Source: a virus
UHGV virus genome: UHGV-0134280
Length of the DNA: 39,537 bases
Reading direction: 5' to 3' (one strand)
In this document: one piece after another, positions 18,153 through 27,176 of the stretch
Numbering within the stretch: position 1 is the first letter of the stretch
Layout of the letters: every line of letters starts with the position of its first letter
The notes under the pieces: model-generated
Databases searched by the model: none
Told to the model about the DNA's origin: nothing
The model's input: the letters and a program-made list of their open reading frames with translations, nothing else
Program-made: the position numbers and the translations under genes

Positions 18153-20623
18153 CAGAATCCCCCAACAGTAAGGCGAGGAATAACGGCAAGAACAGACAGC
18201 GGCAACGGGTCAAGCTGACGGATTTTTACACGTCCGTTTTTGCCCCAGTTACTGTCCAGTTTCACTTCTACTTTTCCGGTAGCATCATCAACAGGATCAT
18301 CGTAGAACTCGAATTCACGCTGTGGATATTCGTACCATTTACCGCCGGGCGTAGTCGCCCAGATGCCGCGACTGGCATTCACAACCAGAGTAACGGACGG
18401 GATCACCTGTTTTTTGTCCAGCAGCGTTTCCTGTCCGTTAATGTTGATATCCAGTGTTTCGAATTCAGCAGTTATTGGCAGGCCGATGTGCACTACAGCC
18501 CCCGGAGATTCCAGCGTGACGGCACCTCCGGAAACCACTTTCTGTGGCTCCACGTTCGCATCAGAGAGAATGTTTACGGTCTGGCCTTCAAGATGAGACA
18601 GGCCTCCAAATGTCCGGCGCGCCATCTGCCAGTTCGTGGTGGCCACATTCCTGAGGGATGGCGGGACGTTCCTGTTAGCACGAACCACTACAGCGGTATT
18701 GCTGGTTACAGAAATAATGTCGCAACGTAATTCTTTTGACACTTCATCGCCAGTATCAGGATCAGTTCCGACATAAGGGAACTGTAGTTGCGCGCCGACA
18801 TCACTACTGGTGAAGTACGCACCACCAGAAACACTGATTGTATATTCCGCGCGATAATCCCATTCGCCAGAACCACCAGTGATGGTCATCGTTCTGTCAG
18901 ACGTATTTCTTCCATCATAGCTAAGGCCAGAATCAACAAAGAAAGCATCTTCATCGCTGGTAAATAAACGGCTGGACAGTCGCTCGATGTATCTCACTGT
19001 TTGCCCGTTAATAGTTCGGTTAACGACGAAATACACCGCATCTTCATTGCCTTCGCTGATACTGCATGTGCTTTCATATTTTCCGGTACTGGACTGTGGT
19101 GCCCATGCAAAAACCTGTTGATCACGCAGATAGGTCATCACCAGTAATTTGCCGTCATCACGAATGCAGAAGGCGCTGGAGTAAGGGACAATCGAGAAGC
19201 ACCAGTCAACAATGCTGTGCTTCTGAAAAAGATGATTGGCAAGGATGGTCAGGTCGTTCCCCTGATAGCCGTCAACATCGAATGAATAGGCCAGATCACG
19301 GACAACACTGCCTTTCTCCTGGACGAACAGAGCAATATTCGCCACAGCAATTGGTGGGACATTGCTCGAGCCATTTGATCCCTGAGAGCTGAATGCAAAT
19401 GATGATGGGGTTAACACTTTGTTCTGGTCGCCGGTGATGACGTACTCACCTCCGGAAGTCAGTGCCACCAGCGAACCGACATCAATCAGGTGGCGGATCT
19501 CATTAACCTGACGCCCGGCATAGGTGTAGATAATTCTGTCGTCATCCTGCGTAGGATTGCTTTTGCCAAAATCCTTATAATCCCCGGTACGGCTGGCCCA
19601 GATAGTCTGAGGGAACGCAGTCGATGCGGCGAAGTAAAGACGTTGTTGATAATAAACAACAGTGCCAGGATAACCATTAACACTGTTCCAGGCATATTTA
19701 GCCCATTTATAGCTGGCATTATCCTCGCCAACGACCTGCGAAGGGATATAGGAAATCACCTCGGCAGTTGCAGTAGTTCCATTTGCAGCAGTGATACGGG
19801 CAATGCCAAAACCACTGTGCAGATATTCCCACTCAATGCCAGTATCATCATCACCGGATCCGCCCCAGCCATCCCATGATGTGCCTTCTGTATGCGAAGG
19901 GCGCAAAGTGCCTGTTTTGCCTGCTGTAACGGCGCGATAGTAGTTACTGTCTGCACGGCGAATATCGCCAATCGACGTACTCTTACTGGTTTCCCATACC
20001 GGCACTGAATCCACTGCAGGCTGTTCCAGATAGAACAATTTGCCTACCTGCTCCGCGCCAAAAATAGAGGCGCTTGCCGTTAACGTAATTGTCCCAGTGC
20101 TGGCGCTGGCATAAACCGTCACTGACTCGTCAATATTGATATCTTCAAATGGCCCGTTCTTCGTTACCACATCAACCAGTTGCCAGTTGTCATGCGCATA
20201 GCGGCGCAACTCTTTCGGCGGGTATGCCGGGTGAACCAGCGTAAGCACGTCGGCGCTTTGCGTAAATTTAATTCGGAACAGATCGGCTTCAGTATATGGC
20301 GTGGCAATTTCATAAATAACATTGCTGCTGTTCAGCACCAACGCACCATCTTTGATAACGCGCATGTACTGGTGCCCGAACTCCAGAGCATAGGTCTGAA
20401 CCGTCGAGAACTGGAACGGGATCAGGCGGCATTTCCGATTTGGGTATTTGGCGGCACCGACAAAACGCGTACCAGGTCGATTCTCAACGCCGCCATACTG
20501 CCGCACGATAAAGTTATCGCACTTGCGCAATGCCACCTGGTACTTCGCCATGTCGATACGACCGTACAACGACGGTCCAATCTCACCACCGGCAAAGCTG
20601 GGCTGGATCCAACTGATAGCCAT
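18152..20623 (-). CDS. Tail tubular protein B / nozzle (gp12-like)
   Basis: 823 aa directly after the gp11-like gene; weak N-terminal resemblance to T7 gp12. Confidence 0.5.
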   Translation of the reverse strand: MAISWIQPSFAGGEIGPSLYGRIDMAKYQVALRKCDNFIVRQYGGVENRPGTRFVGAAKYPNRKCRLIPFQFSTVQTYALEFGHQYMRVIKDGALVLNSSNVIYEIATPYTEADLFRIKFTQSADVLTLVHPAYPPKELRRYAHDNWQLVDVVTKNGPFEDINIDESVTVYASASTGTITLTASASIFGAEQVGKLFYLEQPAVDSVPVWETSKSTSIGDIRRADSNYYRAVTAGKTGTLRPSHTEGTSWDGWGGSGDDDTGIEWEYLHSGFGIARITAANGTTATAEVISYIPSQVVGEDNASYKWAKYAWNSVNGYPGTVVYYQQRLYFAASTAFPQTIWASRTGDYKDFGKSNPTQDDDRIIYTYAGRQVNEIRHLIDVGSLVALTSGGEYVITGDQNKVLTPSSFAFSSQGSNGSSNVPPIAVANIALFVQEKGSVVRDLAYSFDVDGYQGNDLTILANHLFQKHSIVDWCFSIVPYSSAFCIRDDGKLLVMTYLRDQQVFAWAPQSSTGKYESTCSISEGNEDAVYFVVNRTINGQTVRYIERLSSRLFTSDEDAFFVDSGLSYDGRNTSDRTMTITGGSGEWDYRAEYTISVSGGAYFTSSDVGAQLQFPYVGTDPDTGDEVSKELRCDIISVTSNTAVVVRANRNVPPSLRNVATTNWQMARRTFGGLSHLEGQTVNILSDANVEPQKVVSGGAVTLESPGAVVHIGLPITAEFETLDININGQETLLDKKQVIPSVTLVVNASRGIWATTPGGKWYEYPQREFEFYDDPVDDATGKVEVKLDSNWGKNGRVKIRQLDPLPLSVLAVIPRLTVGGF

Positions 20624-21228
20624 CAGGACAACCTCGCAATGGTAAACTCATCAACAGGTGGCTGTGGTTCCTGTGATTCATTCTGGCTATGCGAGCCAGC
20701 ACTAAGAATCACGCGATTGTACATATTGAGGGCAAACGTACCGAGGTCTGCATTCCCAGTCAGCGCCATGTTAATAGCTGCCGCAAGACGCCAGGCCAGC
20801 GCCTCCATAAAAATGGCATCAAACATGTTCACATCTGTAACGCGAGAGACATACTTGAGCCATGCCTGCGGCTGGTCTGTGTAGATCAACTTTCCTGTTC
20901 CGTTGGTGTCTGCACCAACTTCGTACTGAACGCGCATTGCCGCTGTTGGATTGCGTACACCAGGAAGCATAATTTCAGTAATGCGCAGACAATCGGACGG
21001 GTACTGGTACGCATATTCCCAGTCAGGCGGTGGATTGCTCGTATCTGCAAGCGCCACGCGTTTGGTAGCAAAGTTCCAGTCAAAATCAGAAAGCACAGCA
21101 TCACGGCAGGCCTCAAAGTGCAGCGAACATTCCCCCGCTTCCTTGCTGGCTTCCGTCAGGCTGTTAATACTGCGGCTGTTGCCAATATTGGACAGCGCAC
21201 GATTGCAGATCTCTACTACAGAGGCCAT
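20623..21228 (-). CDS. Tail tubular protein A / head-tail adaptor (gp11-like)
   Basis: 201 aa between capsid genes and the nozzle gene; size matches T7 gp11. Confidence 0.45.
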   Translation of the reverse strand: MASVVEICNRALSNIGNSRSINSLTEASKEAGECSLHFEACRDAVLSDFDWNFATKRVALADTSNPPPDWEYAYQYPSDCLRITEIMLPGVRNPTAAMRVQYEVGADTNGTGKLIYTDQPQAWLKYVSRVTDVNMFDAIFMEALAWRLAAAINMALTGNADLGTFALNMYNRVILSAGSHSQNESQEPQPPVDEFTIARLS

Positions 21229-21284
21229 AAGTTTCTATACTCCTGCAATAAAGGGGCCGAAGCCCCTTGTCTGATTCGCGAGGC

Positions 21285-21629
21285 TTACACGCCCAGTTCT
21301 TTACGCTTATCTGCGATCTTCTCGCGGAGCGTTTCGGCTTTGGCGTTATGGTGTGGCTTCTCGTTAAAGAGCAATTCGTACTCTTCACGGAGCTTATCCA
21401 GTTCACCATCATCTGACACATCGTTGATGATTTTGGTGCTGGTTGCTGCCATAGACACCTTTCCTGTTACCTTTGCTTTTGCCTGTCTGGCTGCATCGTT
21501 AACAGGTTCCAGTGCGCTACCAGGCTCACCTTCGTATTCGATTTCTGCCCCCTCCGGCCACAGAGTGTTATGGATATGAGAGAGGCGCAGAACGCGGTAT
21601 CTTGGTTTCTCACCTGACATCGATATCAC
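21285..21629 (-). CDS. Hypothetical head-associated protein
   Basis: 114 aa in the capsid block; no recognisable motifs. Confidence 0.35.
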   Translation of the reverse strand: MISMSGEKPRYRVLRLSHIHNTLWPEGAEIEYEGEPGSALEPVNDAARQAKAKVTGKVSMAATSTKIINDVSDDGELDKLREEYELLFNEKPHHNAKAETLREKIADKRKELGV

Positions 21630-21630
21630 C

Positions 21631-22068
21631 TTAACCAGTTACTTTTGAGCGGATCGGATACGGCGTATTAGCATCAACATCAAGACTGATACCAGCAGTG
21701 AATTCGCCAGCCGTTAGTGGGCCAGTTGCGACGGAGTAGTTAACACGCAGATATCGCTGAACACCGGCAGGCACCTTTGCAGAAACAACTCGTTTACCTG
21801 CTGTCAGGGTGGTCTTTGCCAGTGCACCACTATCATAAATAGTGGTCCATGAGCTGTTATCCTCACTCGTCTGCAACTGGATGTTTACAGTTGCATCACC
21901 GCTTGCTGCGGCGGCTGTGTTAACCAGCGCCCAAAACTCAAGCGGGTAACCCACGCCGATATCACGACGTTTTCCGTCAATTGGACCGAGATCGATTACG
22001 TCAGTAGAAGCCGCGGTATCAGTTACCGCCTGTGCTTCGGAGAACATCAACAGTTTGTCGGTGATCAT
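21631..22068 (-). CDS. Possible capsid decoration/minor capsid protein
   Basis: 145 aa, Thr/Ala/Val-rich, immediately after the major capsid gene. Confidence 0.35.
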   Translation of the reverse strand: MITDKLLMFSEAQAVTDTAASTDVIDLGPIDGKRRDIGVGYPLEFWALVNTAAAASGDATVNIQLQTSEDNSSWTTIYDSGALAKTTLTAGKRVVSAKVPAGVQRYLRVNYSVATGPLTAGEFTAGISLDVDANTPYPIRSKVTG

Positions 22069-22119
22069 CTTCTTTCTCCATTAGTGGGTCTGTTACGACC
22101 CACAGGTTAATAACAGGCG

Positions 22120-23112
22120 TTACACCACGCGGGCTTCTGTTTCCAGAAGCGCATCAGTTTCACGGATTGGTACACCACGGAATGACGTCCACCACTCGCC
22201 TTCAGTCTCTTTTACGCTAATCGCCAGAGATGTTTTCTCCAGAGACTGCAAATCAAGAGCCTGGCCTACAGTGCGGTTCATGTAGAACACCGGGCGACCC
22301 ATGCCACGGTTTGGAATGCGATGCAGTGCTTTAACCATCAACTTCGCAATATTTGCGGCAGAGGAAGGTTCTGAAAGATTGCTGACATCGATGTTTGCAA
22401 TGCGAACAACATAACGCCAGTCACGCAGAGCAAGTCCGTTATCCCATTTGTAATGGGTACGGTAGCCTTCGTACTTGCCGCCATTAGCATCTTCCAGTGT
22501 CACCTGGCCTTTATCTTCCATCTGAATGCCAGCCTTCTGCCCTTTCGGGAAGATGCCATGCACGGTGTTTTCGCCCCACACCACTAACCAGATTGAGGTG
22601 TTATCTGTACCCGTGCCACCAGCATCAATGATGTTCTGAGCATTACCTGCAGACAGGCTGGAATAGCGGGAGGACAGTCCCATAAACTGCTGAGGGTTAA
22701 CGCTGGAATCACCATAAAACAGCGTCTGCGCCATCTGCTGATTCATCGCTTCAATAAATGCGCGGTCTTCAGACAGGCGGAATTCGGCGGTATTTCCGTT
22801 CAGATCAGCCAGTGACTTATCGACTTCAGCATAGGTTTCCAGCATGCCAACGGAATCGGTTACCTGCACTGTGGTTGATTTGCTTGGCTGTACGCCATAG
22901 TTCAGCAAACGCCAGGTAGCTGAAGGTAAACCAGAACGAATGGTGGTTCGGTGTCCGGTAGGAAGGTTCCCTTCGACAAAAGGCATATCCTGAAGGATCG
23001 GGTTAGTTTGACCGAGAAGCTCGATAATCTTATCGACTTTCCCGTTTGGATCGACGCGCTTACCCCAGTCAGCCAGCGTTAGCGCAGTTAAGCCTTTAAC
23101 AGTCATTGTCAT
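22120..23112 (-). CDS. Major capsid protein
   Basis: 330 aa directly downstream of the scaffold gene; size and position as in T7 gene 10. Confidence 0.7.
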   Translation of the reverse strand: MTMTVKGLTALTLADWGKRVDPNGKVDKIIELLGQTNPILQDMPFVEGNLPTGHRTTIRSGLPSATWRLLNYGVQPSKSTTVQVTDSVGMLETYAEVDKSLADLNGNTAEFRLSEDRAFIEAMNQQMAQTLFYGDSSVNPQQFMGLSSRYSSLSAGNAQNIIDAGGTGTDNTSIWLVVWGENTVHGIFPKGQKAGIQMEDKGQVTLEDANGGKYEGYRTHYKWDNGLALRDWRYVVRIANIDVSNLSEPSSAANIAKLMVKALHRIPNRGMGRPVFYMNRTVGQALDLQSLEKTSLAISVKETEGEWWTSFRGVPIRETDALLETEARVV

Positions 23113-23120
23113 TTCCTCTC

Positions 23121-23822
23121 TTATTTGCCATAGAGCACTTCGGCCGCACTACGCTGGCCTTCATTACCACCGGTGACCATGCCATCTTCAGACATCGCCT
23201 TTCCGATTTTCACGAACGTTTTGACCAGATCAGGGTGATTACCCAGCCCGGTGGTCTTCAGATATTCTTTGAGTTCAGGTGTCCCGAACTGGTCAAGCGC
23301 ACGCTGTGCAGCGCTAAGGTTAGAAATCAACTTGTCGCCACCGATTTCTTTGTCAGCTTTTACATCCGCAGCCCACTGCTCGGTTGTTTTCTGCCAGGCT
23401 TCTGCCTGGCGCTGCTGAACACCTGCCAGAATCTTCGGATAAGCATCAACCAGCTTTTGCGCTTGCTCGTTGGTCAGGTTAAGTTCTCGCGCCACCGGCT
23501 CGAATTCCTTCAACGCTTCTGTATCCAGCTCTACGCCTTCGGCAGCCTGAAACTCGTACTTCTCAGGCGCACCCTCTGGTTTATCGCCGTCCTTTTTTTC
23601 ACCCTGCTTATCGTTTTCAGGCTTTTTGTCATCAGCAGGTTTATCGCCATCAGCAACAGGTTGTGGCTTATCACCTTCCTGTTGTGATGGATCACCAACT
23701 GGAGCAGGGTTATCACCTGCAGGCGCTGACGGTTCTGACGCAGCCGGAGCTGCTCCACCATCGACTGGTTGCTCATTGCAAAGACGGCGATACAGCAAAC
23801 GCTCAAATAAATTCATGATCAC
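23121..23822 (-). CDS. Scaffolding protein
   Basis: 233 aa, acidic, Pro/Asp/Lys-rich low-complexity N-terminal half; between portal and capsid genes. Confidence 0.6.
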   Translation of the reverse strand: MIMNLFERLLYRRLCNEQPVDGGAAPAASEPSAPAGDNPAPVGDPSQQEGDKPQPVADGDKPADDKKPENDKQGEKKDGDKPEGAPEKYEFQAAEGVELDTEALKEFEPVARELNLTNEQAQKLVDAYPKILAGVQQRQAEAWQKTTEQWAADVKADKEIGGDKLISNLSAAQRALDQFGTPELKEYLKTTGLGNHPDLVKTFVKIGKAMSEDGMVTGGNEGQRSAAEVLYGK

Positions 23823-24115
23823 TCCTGTTCACTGGCCTCTTTGGCCATCTTCAAATACTGTTCAGGGCAATGCGCCATAACGCGCTGAAACAGTTCCAGC
23901 GCCAGATTGCGTTGCCCCTCATTAAATGCCATTGCCATAGCGTCCATCGGTGAGATAGCGGAAAACACACGGCCTTTCTCCAGCACCGACCAGACAACTC
24001 GACGCCCCTGTTCACTGCTCATGACAAAGCGAATGTCATCAATTTCACGCTGTGCCATGTCACGTTGCTTACGGGCGTTTTCTTCTTTCAGTTGATCGTC
24101 TTCGTAATCTGTCAT
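23819..24115 (-). CDS. Small acidic protein between portal and scaffold
   Basis: 98 aa, overlapping stop/start with both neighbours. Confidence 0.35.
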   Translation of the reverse strand: MTDYEDDQLKEENARKQRDMAQREIDDIRFVMSSEQGRRVVWSVLEKGRVFSAISPMDAMAMAFNEGQRNLALELFQRVMAHCPEQYLKMAKEASEQE

Positions 24116-25791
24116 TGTGATTGCCCACCCTGACCACTAACTGCATTCGCCATAGCTGACAAAACACTCGGATCCGAAGTTTTAGCTTCGCTTAGCGTCT
24201 TGACACCCTGTGCCGCCGCCATCCCCATCGCCATCATTTGTTGCTGCTGTTGTTGCTGTGCCCGTTGCTGGCGAGCCTGCTCAACCTGTTCCTGAGGAAC
24301 AATGACGGTTGGAGACACTCCGGACATATCAGCGAATGCATCGATCGCCTGATCAACGTTGAGTTTGTCGAGAGCTTCTGGTTTCGCTTGCGCAAGTTGA
24401 CCAATGAAGTTGACCGTGGACGCCAGACTGGACAGGCCGATAGACTTCTGCGCCTGAGCCATGACGGAAATGTATTCGACCTTCAGGGGCATACCTTCCA
24501 TCACGTCTGGCGGTGGCGGCAGCATGTTTTTACGAACCATCATCGAGAAAGCGCGGTCAATGAGAGGATTAAGACATTCGTCGTTCAGACGCTCCAGAAC
24601 CGGCCCCAACATCAGAAGTTTTTCTTCTTTCATTTCGATCACCGCTTCAACAGGCATCGAGCGGGTATTGATGTTCTGCAACATCATGAACAGATCGACA
24701 AAGTAGGCGCTGTTAATGATTTGGCGGGTGTCCTGAATGTCTGCTACCAGATCTGCTGTACTGGGGTTAACCAGATAAGCAGGCCTGAAACCATCCTGAC
24801 CAGTAATCTGATCGATATACGTGATGTCGCCAGGAAGAAGGGAGGCGCGCTGATTCTTGAGGGAAGTCGGAGCAACCATCGGCGGATTGGTGGCTTTATC
24901 AATCAACTGCGACTTGCGCTTCTGGAGAAGCTGCAATGCCTTAACAGGTCCAAGCGCCAGCATACCAGGGCATGATGATCCATAAACATCTTCGCCGTTA
25001 ACTTCCCAGCGCGGAGCCATAATTGGAAACTCATCGAATCCGGACTCACGCAACAACTTGTCGTTATCGCCACCAACCTCGTAATAAACCGATTTGAATG
25101 GCTTGTTCTTGCTATCCAGCTTCGATGTATCGCGGTCAATGTTCGGGTAAACCGAATGCATCACTTCAATCCACTTCTCGTAGGTGCCGCTTTCCCACAT
25201 GCTTTTTACGGATTCGCTGACGTTATTTAGCCCGAACTCCTGAACAAGCTGACGAACAGTCATAGAGAACTTGCGAAAACAGGTGTCCACACTGCCACGA
25301 GGTGAGTTAGCCAGGTAGTAACTGCCTATCGGGAATGGCATTGTGCGAATGATGTCCTCGTCATCCTCCAGCACCGCCATTGCACCAGTGCTGTATGTGC
25401 CTAGGCTTCCGTATAACTGCGGAAGAGACTGATAGAGATTCGACTTATTGAACATATCGTTCATGCGGTTCTGCACCGCCTCAAGCCACAACTTAACAGG
25501 GCCATAATCCATCATTTCAGGATCTGGCGTAGCCAGGCGAAACCACGGACGCGCGGGGCTTGTGATGCCTGACATCATGCCGCTGGCGAGAGTGCGCGCC
25601 GCCATTGTCCCGGTCGAATCAATAATGCGTGTATTGCGTCGATCGTTACGGTTGACCTCAGAAGTCAGAAAGCGGGAACCACGCGGGTTGATGTAATCAC
25701 TCAACTCGCGCCAGTGCGGCTCGAACGACTGACGCTCGCTTTCAAGTTGTGCGAACTGTTTGTTCAATCGCTCTTTAGTTGTTTCCGCCAT
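24112..25791 (-). CDS. Portal protein (T7 gp8-like)
   Basis: 559 aa; Gln/Ala/Met-rich C-terminal tail like T7 gp8; GGAG RBS; follows the terminase genes. Confidence 0.75.
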   Translation of the reverse strand: MAETTKERLNKQFAQLESERQSFEPHWRELSDYINPRGSRFLTSEVNRNDRRNTRIIDSTGTMAARTLASGMMSGITSPARPWFRLATPDPEMMDYGPVKLWLEAVQNRMNDMFNKSNLYQSLPQLYGSLGTYSTGAMAVLEDDEDIIRTMPFPIGSYYLANSPRGSVDTCFRKFSMTVRQLVQEFGLNNVSESVKSMWESGTYEKWIEVMHSVYPNIDRDTSKLDSKNKPFKSVYYEVGGDNDKLLRESGFDEFPIMAPRWEVNGEDVYGSSCPGMLALGPVKALQLLQKRKSQLIDKATNPPMVAPTSLKNQRASLLPGDITYIDQITGQDGFRPAYLVNPSTADLVADIQDTRQIINSAYFVDLFMMLQNINTRSMPVEAVIEMKEEKLLMLGPVLERLNDECLNPLIDRAFSMMVRKNMLPPPPDVMEGMPLKVEYISVMAQAQKSIGLSSLASTVNFIGQLAQAKPEALDKLNVDQAIDAFADMSGVSPTVIVPQEQVEQARQQRAQQQQQQQMMAMGMAAAQGVKTLSEAKTSDPSVLSAMANAVSGQGGQSQ

Positions 25792-25805
25792 TTCAATGAC
25801 TCCGG

Positions 25806-26012
25806 TTACTGACCAAGCAGCGTTTTACCGCTGGTATTAGCAGTTGATGTGTCGCCCTGAGAACCGGTAAGCAGCGTAGAACTACGACCAGCAGCAGCGC
25901 GACGGCGACGAGTTTCTTCGTCGCGGGCATCAACAACGGCGGCATCCTGCTCCTGTGGTGCTGCCTGAACTTCTGGTGTTGCAGGCACTGATGGTGAGCT
26001 ACCCATGCACAT
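25806..26012 (-). CDS. Small Ala/Pro/Arg-rich protein upstream of portal
   Basis: 68 aa, GGAG RBS 8 nt upstream; function unknown. Confidence 0.35.
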   Translation of the reverse strand: MCMGSSPSVPATPEVQAAPQEQDAAVVDARDEETRRRRAAAGRSSTLLTGSQGDTSTANTSGKTLLGQ

Positions 26013-26101
26013 ATCAATGACTCCGTACGCAATTAAATTATTACCAATTTAACCACATATGATTTATTTATCGTAGACGGTTGACATTTAACGCGTGAAT
26101 T

Positions 26102-26118
26102 ATTACCTTTCAGGTAAC
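26102..26118. promoter_or_regulatory. 17-bp palindrome ATTACC-TTTCA-GGTAAc (site E)
   Basis: Read directly; about 16 bp after a TTGACA hexamer at 26081-26086; upstream of the tRNA island. Confidence 0.5.
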
Positions 26119-26439
26119 CAAAGAGTTCATTCCGGTTACTAACCTGACTGGCTTGTCGTTAAATTGAACAGGTGGAGTGAGCTTTTATTTTGAGCAGTAC
26201 GGCGTATGGCACATGCGCCGATAGCGGTCTGGATACGTTTAAGGGGCACCCTCCCTTGCTCGGGCAAACGAACCAGGTAGCCGGAATGTGCAAGTCGAGC
26301 GGTTTTATTCCGCGCACGGGGATTCACCATCCAGGCGATTCGGTGTGACACCTCGGAAGAGACGAGGGTACAACGATGAGAGCATTTATGGAGCCGCGAC
26401 AAAGTGTGGCGCCTTAACAGGCTAAGTGCTCTCAGCGTT

Positions 26440-26516
26440 GTGGCATTAGCTCAGCTGGACAGAGCAACCGCCTTCTAAGCGGTTGGTCGCAGGTTCGAAT
26501 CCTGCATGCCACGCCA
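26440..26516 (+). tRNA. tRNA-Arg (anticodon UCU)
   Basis: Cloverleaf folded by hand: 7-bp acceptor stem GTGGCAT/ATGCCAC, D-arm, anticodon loop CTTCTAA, T-loop TTCGAAT, discriminator G and encoded CCA. Confidence 0.85.
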
Positions 26517-26714
26517 GAATCACACCTAAGGACCGTGATGCCAGAAGTTCCAGGGGCTTGGCGGTGATGGTTTCCCTTGAAGGACTATCACCGCCCTTTT
26601 TACAGCAGGACGCCATTGCGATGACTTCATGCTGTAAACCCGTACAGCCACGGAAGGCAGAACCCATTGCTTCCAGTTCGCCCGGTTCGCCGGGCATTTT
26701 TTTAAGGTGAGATT

Positions 26715-27086
26715 ATGAACGACCAGCAAATCGAAAAAGAAATCGTTGAGAAAGGCAAAACTGCTCCGCGCGTTACGCCAGACCATATCGAAAGCATTAT
26801 TGCTCAGGAGGCATATTTCACAGCAGAGGATGGTGCCTTTGGCAAAGCCATAAAAGAGAAACATACTGGCGGAGAGGTAAACTACCAGCCGCACGAATCA
26901 CTTTCTCTGCTGACGTTCTGCGTCCTGGTGCTGCGCAACGGCTTCACCGTCACCGGAGTGAGCGCCTGTGCAAGCCCGGAAAACTTTGATGCAGAAATTG
27001 GTCGGAAGATTGCCCGGCAGAATGCTGTAAACAAAATCTGGATGCTTGAAGGTTACTTGCTGAAGCAGAAGTTAAGCGAGCAATAA
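26715..27086 (+). CDS. Small phage protein, possibly N4 gp49 / Sf6 gp66 family
   Basis: 123 aa with AAGGTGAG RBS on the strand opposite the structural genes; family assignment from memory only. Confidence 0.4.
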   Translation: MNDQQIEKEIVEKGKTAPRVTPDHIESIIAQEAYFTAEDGAFGKAIKEKHTGGEVNYQPHESLSLLTFCVLVLRNGFTVTGVSACASPENFDAEIGRKIARQNAVNKIWMLEGYLLKQKLSEQ

Positions 27087-27090
27087 CACC

Positions 27091-27102
27091 GTGACATGTC
27101 AC
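27091..27102. repeat. 12-bp perfect palindrome GTGACATGTCAC (copy 2)
   Basis: Read directly; 5 bp after the stop of 26715..27086 and next to the terminator hairpin downstream of the large terminase gene. Confidence 0.7.
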
Positions 27103-27104
27103 AA

Positions 27105-27134
27105 ACAGCCAGCCTACGAGCTGGCTTTGTTTTA
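27105..27134. terminator. Terminator hairpin agccagc/gctggct with T-tract
   Basis: 7-bp stem, 6-nt loop, TTGTTTT downstream on plus and an A-run on the other side; between convergent genes. Confidence 0.5.
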
Positions 27135-27176
27135 TCCTCACCAGAGGATATCAACGACATTATCCCCACCAGCGGA

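Noticed and set aside
20689-21579. 296-aa plus-strand ORF antisense to the gp11-like and neighbouring head genes
   Set aside because: Lies wholly inside well-supported minus-strand structural genes, with no RBS and a low-complexity Ser/Arg-rich translation; typical antisense artefact. The same applies to 24238..24975, 16465..16947, 11332..11793 and similar track ORFs.
26120-26439. A second tRNA or a coding gene (track ORF 26139..26402, minus) upstream of tRNA-Arg
   Set aside because: No T-loop or acceptor-stem pairing could be found by hand, and the ORF has no RBS and an Arg-rich low-complexity translation; kept only as an unexplained non-coding region.
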